A stretch of 64,000 nucleotides of DNA from an uncultured Chloroflexia bacterium (lineage in GTDB: Bacteria > Chloroflexota > Limnocylindria > Limnocylindrales > CSP1-4): positions 640,001 to 704,000 of the forward strand of contig CAWEYL010000001.1 of assembly GCA_963813335.1 (NCBI GenBank). The letters are read 5' to 3'. Positions 1 through 9,800 of this stretch are shown here, piece after piece. The notes below the pieces were generated by a model that had not been told where the DNA came from, made no database searches, and saw only the letters and a program-made list of their open reading frames with translations. Numbering within the stretch: the first letter of the stretch is position 1; each line of letters begins with the position of its first letter. A program made the translations under genes and the position numbers.

Positions 1-106
1 GGTCGGCGGTGACGGTGACGGTGTAGCCGACGCTCGTCAGGGTCGCCGAGATGGCCTCGGCCGACGCCGTGTCGGCATCGAGCAGGAAGATGGAGCTGGC
101 GGGCAC
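1..106 (-). CDS. N-terminus of a probable response-regulator receiver-domain protein (runs off the left edge)
   Basis: Not in the ORF track. Read manually: GGAGG SD, then GTG at 106 giving MPASSIFLLDADTASAEAISATLTSVGYTVTVTAD, which resembles REC beta1-alpha1-beta2. Confidence 0.6.
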   Translation of the reverse strand, partial: MPASSIFLLDADTASAEAISATLTSVGYTVTVTAD

Positions 107-227
107 GGAGCCTCCGGGAGCTGGATCGCAACGCGCGTCTTGGGGGGTGGCCAAGAGCATACAACGGCCCGGCGGGACGCCGGCGATCCGCCGCCGGACC
201 ATGTCCGCGGGGTGGCGCGGGACCACG

Positions 228-236
228 TGCTAGACT
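228..236 (+). promoter_or_regulatory. Extended -10 promoter element (TGcTAGACT) for the rpsF operon
   Basis: TGn-TAnnnT match just upstream of the rpsF leader. Confidence 0.55.
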
Positions 237-244
237 TCCCGCTC

Positions 245-300
245 TGATCCTTTCTGCTCCGTGCCGGCGCGCCGTCAACGGGGCTTCCCCATCGGAAGGA
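245..300 (+). promoter_or_regulatory. S6:S18 ribosomal-protein autoregulatory leader (putative)
   Basis: TCCTTTC (248-254) can pair with the SD-like GGAAGGA (294-300). Inner stem GCTCCGT/ACGGGGC encloses a CCG-containing loop. It lies directly 5' of rpsF. Confidence 0.6.
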
Positions 301-312
301 GTTGCTGCGCGT

Positions 313-750
313 ATGCGCCGATATGAACTGATGCTCGTGGTCCGCCCCGACGTCGCGGACGACAAGAGCCAGGCGGTCATCGACCGCACCACCCGCCAGA
401 TCGTGGCCGCCGGTGGCCAGATCGTGAAGGTCGCCCCGTGGGGCCGCCGTCGGCTGGCCTATCCCATCGACCGACACCGCGAGGGGTCGTACCACATCGT
501 CCTGTTCGAGGCGCCCCCGGAGGCGATCACGGAGCTCGAGCACAGCCTCCTGATCACCGAGGAGGTCCTCCGCCATCTCGTGACCCGCGCCGACCGGCCG
601 ACCAAGCCTGGCCGACCCGACGACGAGGGCGACATCGATGTCGACGACGAGTCGATGCTCCCGTCCGGCGAGGACGAGGATGACGAGGACGACATCCCCG
701 AGCTCATCGACGAATCCGAGAGCGAGGCGGCCCCGGCCGCCATCGATTGA
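313..750 (+). CDS. rpsF: 30S ribosomal protein S6 with long acidic C-terminal tail
   Basis: MRRYELM...WGRRRLAYPI...EEVLRHL signature; rpsF-ssb-rpsR order. Confidence 0.97.
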   Translation: MRRYELMLVVRPDVADDKSQAVIDRTTRQIVAAGGQIVKVAPWGRRRLAYPIDRHREGSYHIVLFEAPPEAITELEHSLLITEEVLRHLVTRADRPTKPGRPDDEGDIDVDDESMLPSGEDEDDEDDIPELIDESESEAAPAAID

Positions 751-762
751 CGGAGGCCCACG

Positions 763-1212
763 ATGGCGTTCTGCAAGATCATGCTCATCGGCAATCTGGG
801 TCGTGACCCGGAGATGCGCTACACGCCGAACGGCCGGCCGGTGACGCAGTTCAGCGTCGCGGTCAGCAACAGCAAGCCCGACGGCCAGGGCGGCTGGGTC
901 GACGAGGGCACCGACTGGTACCGCGTCAGCATCTTCGGCGACCGCGCCGAGCGTGCGGCCGAGCAGCTCCGCAAGGGCAACCGCGTGTTCGTCGAGGGTC
1001 GCTTCAAGACCCGCGAGTTCGAGGGCAACGACGGCCAGAAGCGCACGTCGCTCGACGTGACCGCCGACAACGTCATCAGCCTCGACCGCAAGGGCCGCGA
1101 CGACGACGCCGCATTCGCCGGCGTCCCGACCGCCGGCTCGGCCGTGCCCTCGGGCGGTGGATCGAGCCGCCCGCCCGCCGACGACACCGACCTCGACGAC
1201 CTCCCGTTCTGA
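763..1212 (+). CDS. ssb: Single-stranded DNA-binding protein
   Basis: LIGNLGRDPEMRYT OB-fold start and C-terminal DDLPF. Confidence 0.98.
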   Translation: MAFCKIMLIGNLGRDPEMRYTPNGRPVTQFSVAVSNSKPDGQGGWVDEGTDWYRVSIFGDRAERAAEQLRKGNRVFVEGRFKTREFEGNDGQKRTSLDVTADNVISLDRKGRDDDAAFAGVPTAGSAVPSGGGSSRPPADDTDLDDLPF

Positions 1213-1230
1213 CCAGGAGACCCACGACCC

Positions 1231-1497
1231 ATGCCTCCCGTCCGTTCCAAGAAGCGCGATGACTTCTATCGCGACCGCCGTCGACGCAAGGTCTGCGCGT
1301 TCTGCGCCGACAAGACCGCGCAGATCGACTACAAGGAGGTCAACCGCCTCCGCCGCTACCTCTCCGAGCGGGCCAAGATCGAGCCGCGCCGCAAGACCGG
1401 CACCTGCGCCGGCCACCAGCGCGAGCTGGCGGTCGCCCTCAAGCGAGCCCGCCACGTCGCCCTGCTGCCGTACGCGCCCCAGCACCTCCGACCCTGA
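1231..1497 (+). CDS. rpsR: 30S ribosomal protein S18 (Zn-binding C+ type)
   Basis: RRKVCAFC...IDYK...[16 protein letters not shown]...ALLPY. Confidence 0.98.
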   Translation: MPPVRSKKRDDFYRDRRRRKVCAFCADKTAQIDYKEVNRLRRYLSERAKIEPRRKTGTCAGHQRELAVALKRARHVALLPYAPQHLRP

Positions 1498-1552
1498 TCG
1501 GCGTTGCTGACCGGACCGGCCGGCGCACCGCCCGCCAGCGACAGCTTCTGAG

Positions 1553-2383
1553 GTGGTCGTCGGCCTGTTGATGGTCGGCGGGGGAGCCGCGGCCGGACTC
1601 TTCGGCTCACTCCTCGGCCTGGGCGGCGGCGTGCTGCTCGTGCCGCTGCTCACGCTCGGCTTCGGGCTGCCGCTGCGCGAGGCCGTCGGCGTCTCGCTGG
1701 TCGCGGTCATCATGACCAGCGGCGCGGCCGCGGGCGTCTACCTCGAGCGGCACATCGCGAACCTGCGGCTGGGAATGTCGCTGGAGCTGTTCACCGCCAT
1801 CGGCGCGCTCATCGGCGGGACCATCGCGTTCGCCCTCGACGTCCGGTTGCTCGAGGCCCTGTTCGCGGGCCTGATGGTGTACGTCGCGATCACGATGCTC
1901 CGGCGCGGCGTAAGCGACGAGGCACCGCCAGAGCCGCTCGACGATGGCGCGGCCCCGCTCGAGCCGGCTGGCCGCCGCGGGTCGGTGCTCGAGCGGCTCT
2001 CCGGGGAGGGCTACCGGGTGCGCCGGCTGGGCCTCGGGGTGGTCGGGGCGACCTTCGCCGGGATCGTCTCGGCACTCCTCGGGATCGGCGGCGGGATCGT
2101 CAAGGTGCCGCTCATGAACGTCGGGATGGGGGTGCCGCTGCGCATCGCCACCGCCACCAGCAACCTGATGATCGGCATCACCGCCGCGGCCAGCGCGATC
2201 ATCTACTTGCTTCACGGCGGCATCGACCCATACGTCGCGGCCCCGACCGCGATCGGGGTCTTCGTGGGGGCGACCGTCGGCTCGCGCGTGGGCCACCGCA
2301 TCGACCTGCGGGTCCTGCGCTGGCTGTTCGTGATCGTCCTGCTCTACACGGCGTTCGAGATGCTCCAGAAGGCCCTCTCGTGA
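1553..2383 (+). CDS. Sulfite exporter TauE/SafE family membrane protein
   Basis: Two GxLGxGGG repeats, ATSN motif, about 8 TM segments. Confidence 0.88.
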   Translation: MVVGLLMVGGGAAAGLFGSLLGLGGGVLLVPLLTLGFGLPLREAVGVSLVAVIMTSGAAAGVYLERHIANLRLGMSLELFTAIGALIGGTIAFALDVRLLEALFAGLMVYVAITMLRRGVSDEAPPEPLDDGAAPLEPAGRRGSVLERLSGEGYRVRRLGLGVVGATFAGIVSALLGIGGGIVKVPLMNVGMGVPLRIATATSNLMIGITAAASAIIYLLHGGIDPYVAAPTAIGVFVGATVGSRVGHRIDLRVLRWLFVIVLLYTAFEMLQKALS

Positions 2384-2745
2384 GCGCCGCGCCGCACGGG
2401 CACGACTTCGAACGGGCCATCGGCCGGCTGCTGATCGTGATGACCTACGTCGCGGTCGCCCTGCTGATCGTGGGCGTCGTCCTCATGCTGGCCGCCGGGA
2501 CCTCGCCGCTGAGCGGCGGACCCGCGTTCCACCTCGCCGACGTCGTGCCCGATATCCTCGCCCTCCGGCCGGAAGGATTCATCTGGCTCGGGCTGCTCGT
2601 CGTCCTCTCGTCCCCCGTCGTCCGCGTCGTCGTCGCCGGGTTCGGGTACGGTCGGGATCGCGAATGGCCGATGGTCGGCGTCGCGATCGGGATCCTCGTC
2701 GTCATCGCCGTGGCGATCATCACCGCCTCGATCACGGAGATCTAG
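2380..2745 (+). CDS. DUF1634-like small membrane protein (usual TauE partner)
   Basis: Three TM segments, GLLVVLSSPVVRV motif, GTGA overlap with the TauE gene. Confidence 0.75.
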   Translation: MSAAPHGHDFERAIGRLLIVMTYVAVALLIVGVVLMLAAGTSPLSGGPAFHLADVVPDILALRPEGFIWLGLLVVLSSPVVRVVVAGFGYGRDREWPMVGVAIGILVVIAVAIITASITEI

Positions 2746-2746
2746 A

Positions 2747-3793
2747 TTGGACCTGCTGACCCTGCTCGTCGCCTTCGTCATCATCCTCGCCGGGGCCGAG
2801 CTCTTCACCAACAGCATCGAGTGGTTCGGCCGCAAGCTCGAGCTCGCCGAGGGAGCGGTCGGGTCGGTCCTCGCGGCGGTGGGCACGGCGCTGCCGGAGA
2901 CGATGATCCCGATCATCGCGATCCTCTTCGCGTCCGGCGCCTCGTCGCACGAGGTCGGGGTCGGGGCCATCCTGGGCGCGCCGTTCATGCTCGCCACCCT
3001 GGCCATGTTCGTGACCGGGGTCGCGGTCCTCGTCGTGGCGCGCCGGCGGACCACGAACGACGACATGCTGGTCGACACGCACGTCCTGTCGCACGACATC
3101 CGCTACTTCGTGATCGCGTACGCGCTGGCCATCGGCGCCGCCTTCCTGCCGCTGGAGCCGGTGTGGCTGAAGTGGATCGTGGCGGTCGTGCTGATCGGCA
3201 TCTACGGCTGGTACGTCAAGGGCCATTTCGAGGCCGACCCCGATGTCGACGCCGCGGACCTGGCGCCGCTGCGCTTCCACCGGCTCGACCGGCGCGCCCA
3301 CCGCACCGACCCGGCGGTCCCGCGCCTGCGCATCGTCAACGTCCAGGTGCTGTTCGCCCTCGGCCTGATCGTGCTCGGGGCCGTCTTCTTCGTGGATTCG
3401 GTCGGGCACCTCGCGACGTCGCTCGGCGTCGACAGCGCCCTGCTCGCGCTGGTCATCGCCCCGATCGCGACCGAGCTCCCCGAGAAGTTCAACTCCGTGA
3501 TCTGGGTGCGGGCCGGCAAGGACACCCTGGCGATGGGCAACATCACCGGCGCGATGGTGTTCCAGTCGACGATCCCGACGGTCGTGGCGCTGGTCTTCGC
3601 ATCGAGCACGTGGCAGGTCACGCCCGACAGCTACATCGCGTTCGCGTCAGCCGGGATCGCGTTCCTGGCGGTCGCCGCGATCTTCATCCCGATGGCCCGC
3701 TCCGGGCGGCTGCGCGGCCGGAACCTGCTGGTCGGCGGCGCGTTCTACCTCGTCTACCTGGTCGTGGTCCTCGCCACCATCTCGGGCGCCTGA
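2747..3793 (+). CDS. Sodium:calcium antiporter (CaCA/YrbG-like)
   Basis: Alpha repeats GTALPE and ATELPE, GNITG motif, TTG start. Confidence 0.9.
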   Translation: MDLLTLLVAFVIILAGAELFTNSIEWFGRKLELAEGAVGSVLAAVGTALPETMIPIIAILFASGASSHEVGVGAILGAPFMLATLAMFVTGVAVLVVARRRTTNDDMLVDTHVLSHDIRYFVIAYALAIGAAFLPLEPVWLKWIVAVVLIGIYGWYVKGHFEADPDVDAADLAPLRFHRLDRRAHRTDPAVPRLRIVNVQVLFALGLIVLGAVFFVDSVGHLATSLGVDSALLALVIAPIATELPEKFNSVIWVRAGKDTLAMGNITGAMVFQSTIPTVVALVFASSTWQVTPDSYIAFASAGIAFLAVAAIFIPMARSGRLRGRNLLVGGAFYLVYLVVVLATISGA

Positions 3794-3826
3794 GCGGGCC
3801 GGGCACGCGGACCTGACGGGGCCGCT

Positions 3827-3835
3827 TGCTATACT
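3827..3835 (+). promoter_or_regulatory. Extended -10 (TGcTATACT) upstream of ilvE
   Basis: Near-consensus TATAAT with TG extension. Confidence 0.6.
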
Positions 3836-3851
3836 CGGCCGACCGCATCCG

Positions 3852-4853
3852 ATGCAGGAGCCGACCCGCATGCTCACCGACCAGAAGGCGGCCGGCTCGC
3901 CGGCCCAGACCCCCCACCACGCGCCGACGCCCGACGCCCTCGACCAGCTGATCTGCTACTTCGAGGGGCAGTTCGTCCCGATGGCGGACGCGAAGGTCAG
4001 CATCATGACCCACGCGTTCATGTACGGGACCGCGACCTTCGAGGGCATCCGCGCCTACTGGAACGAGGACCAGGGCGTCCTCTACGGGCTCAAGCTCCGC
4101 GAGCACGTGGAGCGGCTGCGCCAGTCGTGCCGGATCCTGCTGATGCGCGACGTCCCGTCGGTCGACGAGCTCACCGGGCTGATCGTCGAGACCGTGCGGC
4201 GCAACGGGTTCCGCCACGACGTCTACATCCGGCCGTCGTTCTACAAGTCGACCCGGGCCATCGGCGTGCGCCTGCACGACCTCGACAACGAGCTGTACAT
4301 CATCGCCCTGCCGTTCGGGAACTACATCGACACCGAGGCCGGCGTCCGGATCATGACCTCGTCCTGGCGGCGCAATGCCGACGAGGCCCTGCCGGCGCGC
4401 GGCAAGATCGTCGGCGGCTACGTGAACATGGCCTTCCAGAAGACCGAGGCGGAACTCAACGGCTACGACGAGGCGCTCGTCCTGACCGCCGGCGGCCACG
4501 TGAACGAGGCCTCGGCGGCCAACCTGTTCGTCGTCCGCGACGGCGTGGCGCTCACCCCGCCGGTCAGTGACGACCTGCTCGAAGGCGTCACCCGCAAGGC
4601 CATCATGGAGATCCTCAAGAACGAGGGGATCCCCGTCGAGGTCCGCTCGATCGACCGCTCCGAGCTCTACGTCGCGGACGAGGCGCTGCTGTGCGGCACC
4701 GGCGTCCAGATCTCACCGGTGATCGAGGTCGACCATCGGCCCGTCGGGGCCGGGACCATCGGGCCGATCGCCCGGATCATCAGCGAGCGCTATTTCGACG
4801 CCGTGCGCGGACGGCTGCCCGAGTACGCGCACTGGCTCACGCCGATCAAGTAG
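3852..4853 (+). CDS. ilvE: Branched-chain amino acid aminotransferase (start may be 3870)
   Basis: YGTATFEGIRAY, EASAANLF, LLEGVTR: PLP fold-type IV motifs. Confidence 0.93.
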   Translation: MQEPTRMLTDQKAAGSPAQTPHHAPTPDALDQLICYFEGQFVPMADAKVSIMTHAFMYGTATFEGIRAYWNEDQGVLYGLKLREHVERLRQSCRILLMRDVPSVDELTGLIVETVRRNGFRHDVYIRPSFYKSTRAIGVRLHDLDNELYIIALPFGNYIDTEAGVRIMTSSWRRNADEALPARGKIVGGYVNMAFQKTEAELNGYDEALVLTAGGHVNEASAANLFVVRDGVALTPPVSDDLLEGVTRKAIMEILKNEGIPVEVRSIDRSELYVADEALLCGTGVQISPVIEVDHRPVGAGTIGPIARIISERYFDAVRGRLPEYAHWLTPIK

Positions 4854-4907
4854 CCGGCTGCGCGCGAGCCGCTGCGGCAGCGCCGGCCGCCGGTCAGGCG
4901 CCGAGGA

Positions 4908-6756
4908 TCAGGGACCGACCGGGGCGCTGAACTTGGGCGTGGCGCGCCCGATCGTGACGATGATGTCGGTCCGGATGGCCGGGTCCGTCGCCGTGGTGGA
5001 CTGCACCTTGAAGCGCGACTCGAGGTACGCGATCGTGTCCGGGTACTTGTCCGCAGCGCCGTTGTAGACCACGATCTTGGTGTCCGCGGGGACCGTGCCC
5101 GGCGCGCTCTGGCGTGGCGCGGACGCGGCGAGGCCGGCGTACTCGAGATACCCGGCGAGGTCCGCCGGCTGGGTGCGGTCGCTCAGGCCGCTGAGGACCC
5201 AGACCGCGGCGCCCTCGTTCGCGAGCTTCTCGCGCAGCGCCTCGTCCGCCGGGTTGGTCTTGAAGGCGTTCTTGACCGCGGTGCGGATCTTCGGGACGTT
5301 CGGCACGATGATGTAGCCGCGCGAGCTGTTGGGGAACTCCGTCTGGTAGAACGGTGGCGCGAACACGTACGAGCGGATGTCCTTGGTGTCGACCGACGAG
5401 GCCAGGCCCAGCAGGTCGTCGAGCTGGCTGACCGGGATGTCGGTGCGGACGGCCGACTTGAGCGCGGTCACGAGGTCGGTCAGGTGCGGGATCAGGAGCT
5501 GCGGGTCCGCCTGCTCGCGGAGCGACAGCAGGAGGCGCTGCTGGCGCTGCCCGCGGTCGAAGTCGTTCGACGAATGGCGTGAGCGGGCATAGCGCAGGGC
5601 CTGCATGCCGTCCATGTGCTGGATGCCGCTGGGGATGTAGACCCGCTCGAGCTGGCCGCCGATGCCCGGGTAGCGGTCGTCGGAGACCGGGACCTGGACG
5701 TTCACGGTGACGCCGCCGAGGGCGTCGACGACCTTCATGAACCCCTGGAAGTTGACCTCCACGAAGTACTTGATGTCGAGGCCGTAGAGCTCGCCGAGCA
5801 TCGCCTTGAGGCCGTTGTAGCCGCGGGTCGTGTTCGTGCCGGAGTAGAGGTCGGGGCGGTTGCGGATGGCCGAGAACCAGCTGTTGACCTTGCCGCTGTA
5901 GGCGGACCCGAAGACGCTCCGCGCCGGCCCGGCGGGGATCGGCACGTCCACCGTGTCGCGCGGCAGGCTGAACATGGCGACCTGCTTGGCTCACCGGGTC
6001 GATCGACACGACGATCAGGGTGTCGGTGTTGTAGAAGCCCTGCTTCGGCCGCTGGTCGGCGCCGATCAGCAGGATGTTCAGCCGCGCCTTGCCGTCCCAC
6101 GGCGGGATGCTGACCTGGGGCAGGGCGGAGCCGATCGCCGTCGGCAGCGGGGTCGGCGTGGGCGTGGCCGAGGCGTCGAGGCTGTCGCTCGCGCCGATCG
6201 AGTCGCTCGTGTCGGCCGACGAGTCCGGCGAATCGGAGGCATCGGCGGAGCAGACCGCGTCCGTGTCGCCGCCGACGAAGATGCACGGGCTGTCGAGCAC
6301 GTCCATCGCGAGCACGTCGTAGCGGGCGACCGCGACGTGCGTGCCGGCCATGACCAGGATGACGGCGAGCAGCCCGGCGATCGACAGGGGGTTGCGCCGC
6401 AGTCGTCCGGGGCCGAGCCGGCCGTCGCCGCTCGCGTCGTGCGCGTTCAGGAACTCCGTGACGCGGTAGGCGTCGACGATCGCCACGATCCGATAGAGCA
6501 GGGCCAGCAGGTTGACGACGAAGACCGAGCTCAGGAAGAACGGGTTGAGCACGAGGCCCAGCAGGGCGATGCGATCCATCCGCAGGAGCAGCCCGGCCCC
6601 GAGCGCGATGGCGAGGATCGGGAACGCCGCGAATGCCAGCGCGCGCGCGAAGGCACCGGCGTAGGCGTGTCCGAGGCCGGGGAAGATCAGGGAAAGGAAC
6701 GCGGCCGCGAACGGCGACCGGGCGCGCGGTCGCGCGTCCTTCTGCGTCTGTTGCAT
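4908..6756 (-). CDS. LCP (LytR-CpsA-Psr) family glycopolymer transferase with N-terminal TM region and LytR_C-like tail; reading frame broken by one extra base at ~5988
   Basis: NILLIGAD..NTDTLIVVSIDP in one frame continues as MFSLPRD..VNFQGF..ALRYARSRH..DFDRGQRQQ in another. Removing one G of GG at 5988-5989 gives DPVSKQVAMFSLPRD. Confidence 0.88.
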
Positions 6757-6760
6757 CGCG

Positions 6761-6770
6761 GGTAGGATAC
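6761..6770. promoter_or_regulatory. Overlapping divergent -10 elements (TAGGAT on +, TATCCT on -) serving ileS and the LCP gene
   Basis: GGTAGGATAC in the divergent gap; the same 10-mer occurs at 20018-20027. Confidence 0.55.
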
Positions 6771-6839
6771 TCGGACCCGCCGAATCGAGCGCCCGTCGGC
6801 CACTGGCGCGCCCGCCCACCCCGTCGCACCCGGAGATCG

Positions 6840-9800
6840 ATGTTCAACGCCGTCAGCTCGAAGCCGGATCTCGTCGCCCAGGAGCACGAGATGCTGGCCC
6901 TGTGGCGGGAGCGCCGCACCTTCGCGCGGCTCCGCGCCCAGAACGCCGACGGCCCGCACTGGAGCTTCCTCGACGGCCCCATCACGGCCAACAACCCGAT
7001 GGGCGTCCACCACGCCTGGGGCCGCGCGTACAAGGACCTCTACCAGCGCTTCCACGCGATGCTCGGCGAGCACCAGCGCTACCAGAACGGGTTCGACTGC
7101 CAGGGCCTCTGGGTGGAGGTCAACGTCGAGCGCGACCTCGGGTTCACCTCGAAGCGCGACATCGAGGCCTACGGCATCGACCGCTTCGTGACGCTGTGCA
7201 AGCAGCGGGTCCTGACCTACGCGGCCCGCCAGACCGAGCAGTCGGTCCGCCTCGGGATGTGGATGGACTGGAACGACCCCGACGAGCTGCGCCGGCTCCA
7301 CGACCTGCTCGGCGACGACCCGACCCGGGTCACGACCATCGAGGGCCCCGACGGCCCGGTCACCGACACCGTCGAGATGCTGGTCGGGCGGCTGGGCATG
7401 CCCGACACCGGGGGCTCGTACTTCACGTTCAGCAACGAGAACAACGACCTGATCTGGGGGTTCCTCGCCGAGTGCCACCGGCGCGGCTGGCTCTACAAGG
7501 GCCACGACACCATGCCGTGGTGCGGCCGCTGCGGGACCGGCCTCTCGCAGATGGAGCTCAACGAGGGCTACCAGGACCGCGAGGACCCGGGCCTCACGGT
7601 CCGTTTCCCGCTCACGGATCGGCCCGGCGAGGCGCTCCTCGTCTGGACGACCACCCCGTGGACGCTGACCTCGAACGTCGCGGCGGCCGTCGGCGCGGAC
7701 CTGCGCTACGTCCGCGTCCGCCAGGGCGACGACCGGTTCTGGCTCGCGAAGGGGACCCTCAAGACCGCGCTGCAGGGGCCGTTCGAGGTGGAGGACGAGG
7801 TCGCCGGCTCCGACCTCGTCGGCTGGCAGTACATCGGCCCGTTCGACGAGCTGCCGGCGGTCCGGGCCGCCTTCGCGGCGGGCACCCGCGACGACCCGTC
7901 GACGCCGTACAGGCACCGCGTCGTCGCCTGGGACGAGGTCGGCGAGGACGAGGGGACCGGGATCGTCCACGTCGCCCCGGGTTGCGGCGCCGAGGACTTC
8001 CAGCTGGGCAAGTCGCTCGGCCTGCCGGTCGTGGCGCCGATCGACGAGTCGGGGATCGTGGTCGAGGGGTTCGGGTCCCTGTCGGGCCGCGACGCCCGCG
8101 ACGTCGCGGAGCCGATCGTCGAGCATCTCAAGCGCGAGGGCCGCTTCTACCGGCTCGAGCCGTACCTCCACCGCTACCCGCACTGCTGGCGCTGCGGGAC
8201 GCCGCTGCTGTTCCGCCTCGTGGACGAGTGGTACATCAGCATGGGCCCGGTCTACGACCAGCCGCGCGAGACGCTGACCCCGGAGCAGGTCGACGCGAGC
8301 CTGCGCTACCAGATCATGGACGTGGTCGACACCATCGACTGGATCCCGGGCTTCGGGCTGGAGCGCGAGCTCGACTGGCTGCGCAACATGCACGACTGGA
8401 TGATCAGCAAGAAGCGCTACTGGGGGCTGGCGCTGCCGATCTACGACTGCCCGGCGTGCGGGACCATCGAGGTCATCGGCGGCCGCGACGAGCTGCACGA
8501 ACGGGCGGTCGGCGGCTGGGAGGCGTTCGAGGGGCACACCCCGCACCGCCCCTGGGTCGATGCGGTGACCATCGCCTGCCCGTCGTGCGGCGGTCCCGTC
8601 GAGCGGATCCGCGACGTCGGCAACCCCTGGCTGGACGCCGGGATCGTGCCGTTCTCGACGCTCCATTTCCGGGAGGACCAGGCGTACTGGGCGAAGTGGT
8701 TCCCGGCCGACTTCATCACCGAGAGCTTCCCCGGCCAGTTCCGCAACTGGTTCTACTCGATGCTCGCGATGTCGACGGTCCTCCGCCGCGAGCGGCCGTT
8801 CAAGACGATCTTCGGCTACGGCCTCGTCTTCGGCGAGGACGGCCGGCCGATGCACAAGTCGTGGGGCAACGCCATCGACTTCGACGAGGCCGCCGAGCGG
8901 ATGGGTGTCGACGTCATGCGCTGGATGTTCGCCAAGGCGCGTCCCGAGGAGAACATCCTCTTCGGCTGGCACGCCGCGGACGAAGCCCGGCGCGAGCTGC
9001 TGGTGCTGTGGAACGTGTACGCGTTCTTCGTGACCTATGCGCGGCTGGCGGGCTGGACCCCGGGCGACGGCGATGCGCGGCCGGTCGCCGAGCGCGGCGC
9101 GCTCGACCGCTGGATCCTGTCGCGCGCCGCCGGGACCGCGGCCGCCGTCGGGGAGCACCTGGCCGCGTTCGACGCGGTCGCGGCGACCCGCGAGCTCTCG
9201 GGCTTCATGGACGGCCTCTCGACCTGGTACCTGCGCCTGTCCCGCGAGCGGATGCGCCGCAACGACGACCGGCGCGACCGCGCCGCCGCGTTCGCCACGC
9301 TGCATGAGGCGCTGCTGGGCACCGTCGGCATGCTCGCGCCGATCCTGCCGTTCCTGTCCGACACGATCTACCGGAACCTCGTCGGCGACCTGGCGGAGCG
9401 ACCCGAGTCGGTGCACCTTGGCCCGTGGCCGGCGGACGGCCTGGCCGCCCACCGCGACGTGCGGCTCGAGCGCGCGATGGCGGTCGCCCAGGACGCGGTC
9501 GACCTGGCCCGCACGCTCCGGAGCTCGGCCCGCATCCGCACCCGCCAGCCGCTGGCGCACGCCTGGCTGGCGCTCCCCGATCGCGGTCTCGACGTCGGGC
9601 CGGAGCTCCTCGCGATGATCGCCGACGAGATCAACGTCAAGCAGGTCTCGGTCATCGCCGACGACTCCGATCTCGTGGAGCGACGGGTCAAGCCGCTGCT
9701 GCCCAAGATCGGCAAGCGGCTCGGCTCCGCGATCCCGGCCGTCATGGCGGCGGCCCGCGACGGCTCGGCCAGCTTCCACGCGGACGGATCGGTGACCCTC

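Noticed and set aside
6771-6839. T-box riboswitch upstream of ileS
   Set aside because: The leader is only about 65 nt and I see no T-box bulge sequence or specifier stem.
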